A stretch of 62,974 bases of DNA, filler included, from Stramenopiles sp. TOSAG23-6 (Eukaryota): the NCBI GenBank assembly GCA_900128565.1. It is 9 parts of 9 records of this genome, joined end to end, with 100 filler letters (N's around TTAATTAATTAA, not from the genome) between each part and the next. Parts side by side here need not be neighbours in the genome. Positions count along the whole stretch, not along the records: positions 52,043 to 60,581 come from LT636445.1; positions 60,682 to 61,778 come from LT639733.1; positions 61,879 to 62,974 come from LT639734.1; 6 more parts are not named here. One strand, 5' to 3'. Below the pieces are notes generated by a model. That model searched no databases and was not told the DNA's origin. It saw only the letters and a program-made list of their open reading frames with translations. The first letter of the stretch is position 1. The number at the start of each line of letters is the position of its first letter. Below, in pieces: positions 59,555 to 62,974 of this stretch. Both the position numbers and the translations under genes were made by a program.

Positions 59555-60515
59555 TCAAGCATTTATGAAACATTCTTTCAAAAACGAAATGGAACATATT
59601 TCGTGTTCTAAAGCGGGTGCATATATATTTTCATTCGAAACATCTCGTTCTAGTGCTTGTATAAACATTACTGAATGTTTCTTATTCACACTACTTTTTA
59701 TTTTATTTGAATCATGATTTTTTTTCGATTTTTTTATTTCATTTTGTGATTTGTTTGATTTTGGATTGGAGACCATTTTAATTCCATTTACTACAGGGAA
59801 ATTTCCTTCTTTACACTGCAAATATACAGAATTCCGTAAAGAATTTGCAATTTTTTCTTGAGTAATTTTTCCATGTTTTGCGACAAGATTGCGTACTGTT
59901 TTTTCTGCGTTTTTTTCTGATCTGTTGTGTACACTATTATTTACATCATCCTTTATTTTTGTTGTATTTTTTATTTTATGCCTTTTTTTCATTTGTTGAA
60001 CTAAATTATGCAATGAAGATACACATGTTGGTATATACCTTAATAATGCTTTCTTTTTATTGGCAATATCTGAGCTTTCCTTTTTCTTTTTAATATGTTT
60101 GCGTAACTGTATACAACAACCAGTGAGTGCTTTAAGTATTGAATTTTGTAGTGGAACAATACCATCAGATATGAATTCTTTTCCTGTTCCTTTAAAAGGA
60201 ATACATGTACTAACTATTGAAATAAAAACACCAACACAATTAGTTTTAGGACATATACCATAGGAAGACCATTTCACTCGTCTATTTGCTGTTCGGCTCA
60301 TAACTCCACTGCCACCGTCGAAAAGAAGAGGGATTCTATTTGCAAATCGATATACTTGAATTCCAGGTTTAATACCATTTTTCATATTAACTTTTGTACC
60401 TCCTTTTACAGTATTTCCCCCAAGAGCAACCGCAGCTTCTACAATAAATGGATGACCTTCCCAGGCACCCGATTCTGCATTTGATGTAGCCACTAAATCT
60501 GGTTGAAATTCCTTC
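59555..60515 (-). CDS. TOP6B: Duplicate of the TopoVIB last exon
   Basis: Same as 42269-43229. Confidence 0.88.
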
Positions 60516-60705
60516 ATGTATTGTGAAAAAATATTTAAAAAAAANCGTTNGGNAACAAANTTTTTATAAAAAAATAAATTCNNNNNNNNNNNNNNNNNNN
60601 NNNNNNNNNNNNNNNNNNNNNNNNNTTAATTAATTAANNNNNNNNNNNNNNNNNNNNNNNNNNNNNNNNNNNNNNNNNNNNAAAAAATATTTTTTCACAA
60701 TATAT

Positions 60706-60960
60706 GTACCATTACGTGATGCTGCCTGGAAATGTTTACAGATTTCGTACTTACCAAGTATTCCAGTAACATTTGCTTTTCAGGAGCTTGGTTTTAAATT
60801 AAGTTGTACTAATAATGACGAGACTAGTAACAATGAGGTTGAGAGAGCCTTTTTATATTTTGAAAATGTTGGAGCAGTTTTGTCTAATTGTAAAAAATAT
60901 ATCGATGTACGAGCCACTCGTGATGGGAAAAAAAAAAAAAGTTATAAAACACAGAGTTGA
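60706..60960 (+). CDS. Terminal exon, SAC3/GANP/THP3 (LENG8-like) C-terminus; not in the ORF track
   Basis: After ...CACAATATAT| reads VPLRDAAWKCLQISYLPSIPVTFAFQELGF... to TGA. Confidence 0.6.
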   Translation, partial: VPLRDAAWKCLQISYLPSIPVTFAFQELGFKLSCTNNDETSNNEVERAFLYFENVGAVLSNCKKYIDVRATRDGKKKKSYKTQS

Positions 60961-61239
60961 AAAAGACTGCGTAAAGTTTAAAAAAGTAAAAATAATATAA
61001 TGATATATATTATACTATATTTAATATTATATGTAAATGAAGGAGTAACCCCAGCCCTTGTCTTTTTAGCTAGTATATATATATCAAAAAAAAAGTTTTG
61101 GTTATTCGCTATAGTACCTACTAGCGCGTCAAGTTTTTTTTGGCGACGACGACATATTTTTTTGTATCAAAGGTCGTATAGAGTAGTATTGTGTATTTGG
61201 TGTTGCATTATTTAGCGAAGAGTATAAGCACATTGTGAT

Positions 61240-61724
61240 ATGCCTAATCCAACAGTTTTACCACCAGGCTGTAACACAGATTTTTATGTATGTATTTTAT
61301 TAAATTCTTCTTGCGGTATTTCAATCGTCTTTCGGTGTCTATTTGTGGAGTCGATTGTTTTACTCTCTACCTATTTGTAATCTTATGTCCTCTATCTAAC
61401 TTATTCATAATTTATACGGTACTTTTCACATTATAGGAAAACTGGTACGATGTATTATCTTGTAGTAACCCATATCTCTATGCTTATATGGGTTGTGCGA
61501 TAGGTCTTTTTTGCTCAGTTGTGGGCGCAGCGTGGGGAATTTGGCTCACTGGCTCAACAATGGTAGGCGCTGCTGTGAAAGCACCTCGTATCAAGTCGAA
61601 AAATCTTATCAGTGTTATTTTCTGTGAAGCAACTGCGATTTATGGTGTCATTATTGCTATTATTTTGACTGAAAAAATGAGTTATCCTTCAAATCTTTCT
61701 GGGACTGAAAACCAGTTTGATTAT
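61240..61724 (+). CDS. ATP6V0B: V-ATPase proteolipid subunit c'' (21 kDa); canonical intron 61288-61436, then truncated family intron from 61725
   Basis: SVVGAAWGIWLTGS..GAAVKAPRIKSKNLISVIFCEATAIYG. Confidence 0.93.
61288..61436 (+). other. Canonical GT-AG spliceosomal intron, 149 nt, unrelated to the repeat family
   Basis: GTATGT...ATCTAAC...TTATAG; joins TDFY|ENWY in frame with ATG 61488. Confidence 0.85.
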
Positions 61725-61916
61725 GTACGTTTTCATTTCAATTTCGAATTTATTTTTTTTTCGTACGAAATTTTGTACNNNNNNNNNNNNNNNNNNNNNN
61801 NNNNNNNNNNNNNNNNNNNNNNTTAATTAATTAANNNNNNNNNNNNNNNNNNNNNNNNNNNNNNNNNNNNNNNNNNNNCGAAAAAAAATCGAATTTGAAA
61901 AAAAACTAAAACATAC

Positions 61917-62926
61917 ATAAACTTTGCTTCACTGGGAAGACCTTTCTGAGCCATTACATTTATGAGCGTTGAGTATGTCACAACATCTGGTGTCAAACCT
62001 TTTTCTTTCATCACGGATAACACAGCCTTTGCTTCCAGTGTAAGGCCATTTCTAGCCATTGCATGTATTAAGCTATTGTATGTGATGACATTGGGCTCGA
62101 GGCCTTGTAACACCATCTGATCAAACACAGCCATTGCTTCTGATGCTAAACCTCGATGTGCCATTGCGTTAATCAAAGATGAGTATGTGATAACATTTGG
62201 TTCTAACCCAGAAAGTATCATTTGATCAAACCTGTCCTTCGCTTCACTGACGAGACCTTTCTGAGCAAGTGCGTTAATTAAGGACGAGTACATCACAACA
62301 TTCGGTTTCAATCCTTCACTAAGCATTTGATCAAAATATTTCTGAGCTTTCACAAAAGCAACTGGGCGAGCACGAGAACAAGCCTTGATAAGAATACCAA
62401 GTTCCTCTACCTCATGAATACTACCTTGACTCGCAATTTTATTCATACGTTTGTGATAAGCGATTAATGCTGGTGAATCGGAAGGTCGGCCTCGTCCACG
62501 TCCTTTACTACCACGACCACGACCACTACTTTTACTACCACGACCGCGACCACTACGAGCAGCAGTATAGTCGTAGGTGTATCGCTGTTGATTAGAACTA
62601 CGCCTCGATGATTTTCCATTATCTTCTTTGTGCTTGTTGCTATTAGCATCAGATTTTTGATTGGATTTATATGATCGGCCTTGATTGTTCGATTTTTGTT
62701 TATTGTTTATCAACGACATATTTTTCATGGCGTCATTTAATTGAACATGGTCTAAGCCATCTCCACTTTGTAACATTTTACCATCAACTGACATATCACC
62801 AAATACAGGGTGAGGAATACTATTGCCTTGTTTATTGCCAGTGCTGAAAGAACTATTTAACCCCATAGCAGGAGCCTCTCTATATAGCCTACTACTGAGG
62901 GCTGTACCAGATGCATTCTCACGACC
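61917..62926 (-). CDS. Pentatricopeptide-repeat protein, internal exon flanked by two family introns
   Basis: Repeated GLxPNVITYSSLINAMA 35-aa motifs; RGRG-rich segment. Confidence 0.92.
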
Positions 62927-62974
62927 ATGTATTGTGAAATTTTGTTTTTGTAATTGTTTTTGTTAGGTACAAAA

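Noticed and set aside
52043-60581. Tandem segmental duplication
   Set aside because: It is a separate contig with the same ends and mostly the same Ns. It is better explained as alternative assembly paths or haplotypes; only the tip difference is retained as a finding.

Overview
Eukaryotic, AT-rich genomic DNA. A stramenopile protist is the most likely source, because one protein has a mastigoneme-type EGF N-terminus; TTAGGG telomeric repeats, PPR, DCD and TopoVIB genes and an intron-containing tRNA-Tyr are compatible. The window is nine unlinked contigs joined by N-TTAATTAATTAA-N spacers. One contig is a mirror-image duplication and another is present twice. The main signal is a family of ~90-190 nt repeated, always sense-oriented introns: 19 complete and 10 truncated non-redundant copies. 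They start GTAYGT (occasionally ATAYGT), carry a 16-bp palindrome fused to a CCTAAC branch site, and end ...AATAC-AT instead of AG, usually with a 2-nt target-site-like duplication. Removing them restores conserved motifs in RecQ, a serine hydrolase, carnitine acyltransferase and phospholipase C, and the reading frame of UBA2 and others. Only one clear GT-AG intron was found. This looks like an introner/MITE invasion producing a predominantly GT-AT intron system. The second highlight is a ~1580-aa secreted protein fusing mastigoneme-like EGF domains, phage-tail-fibre-like repeats and a bacterial WPDYVF chaperone-like C-terminus, with two variants that differ only at the putative fibre tip.
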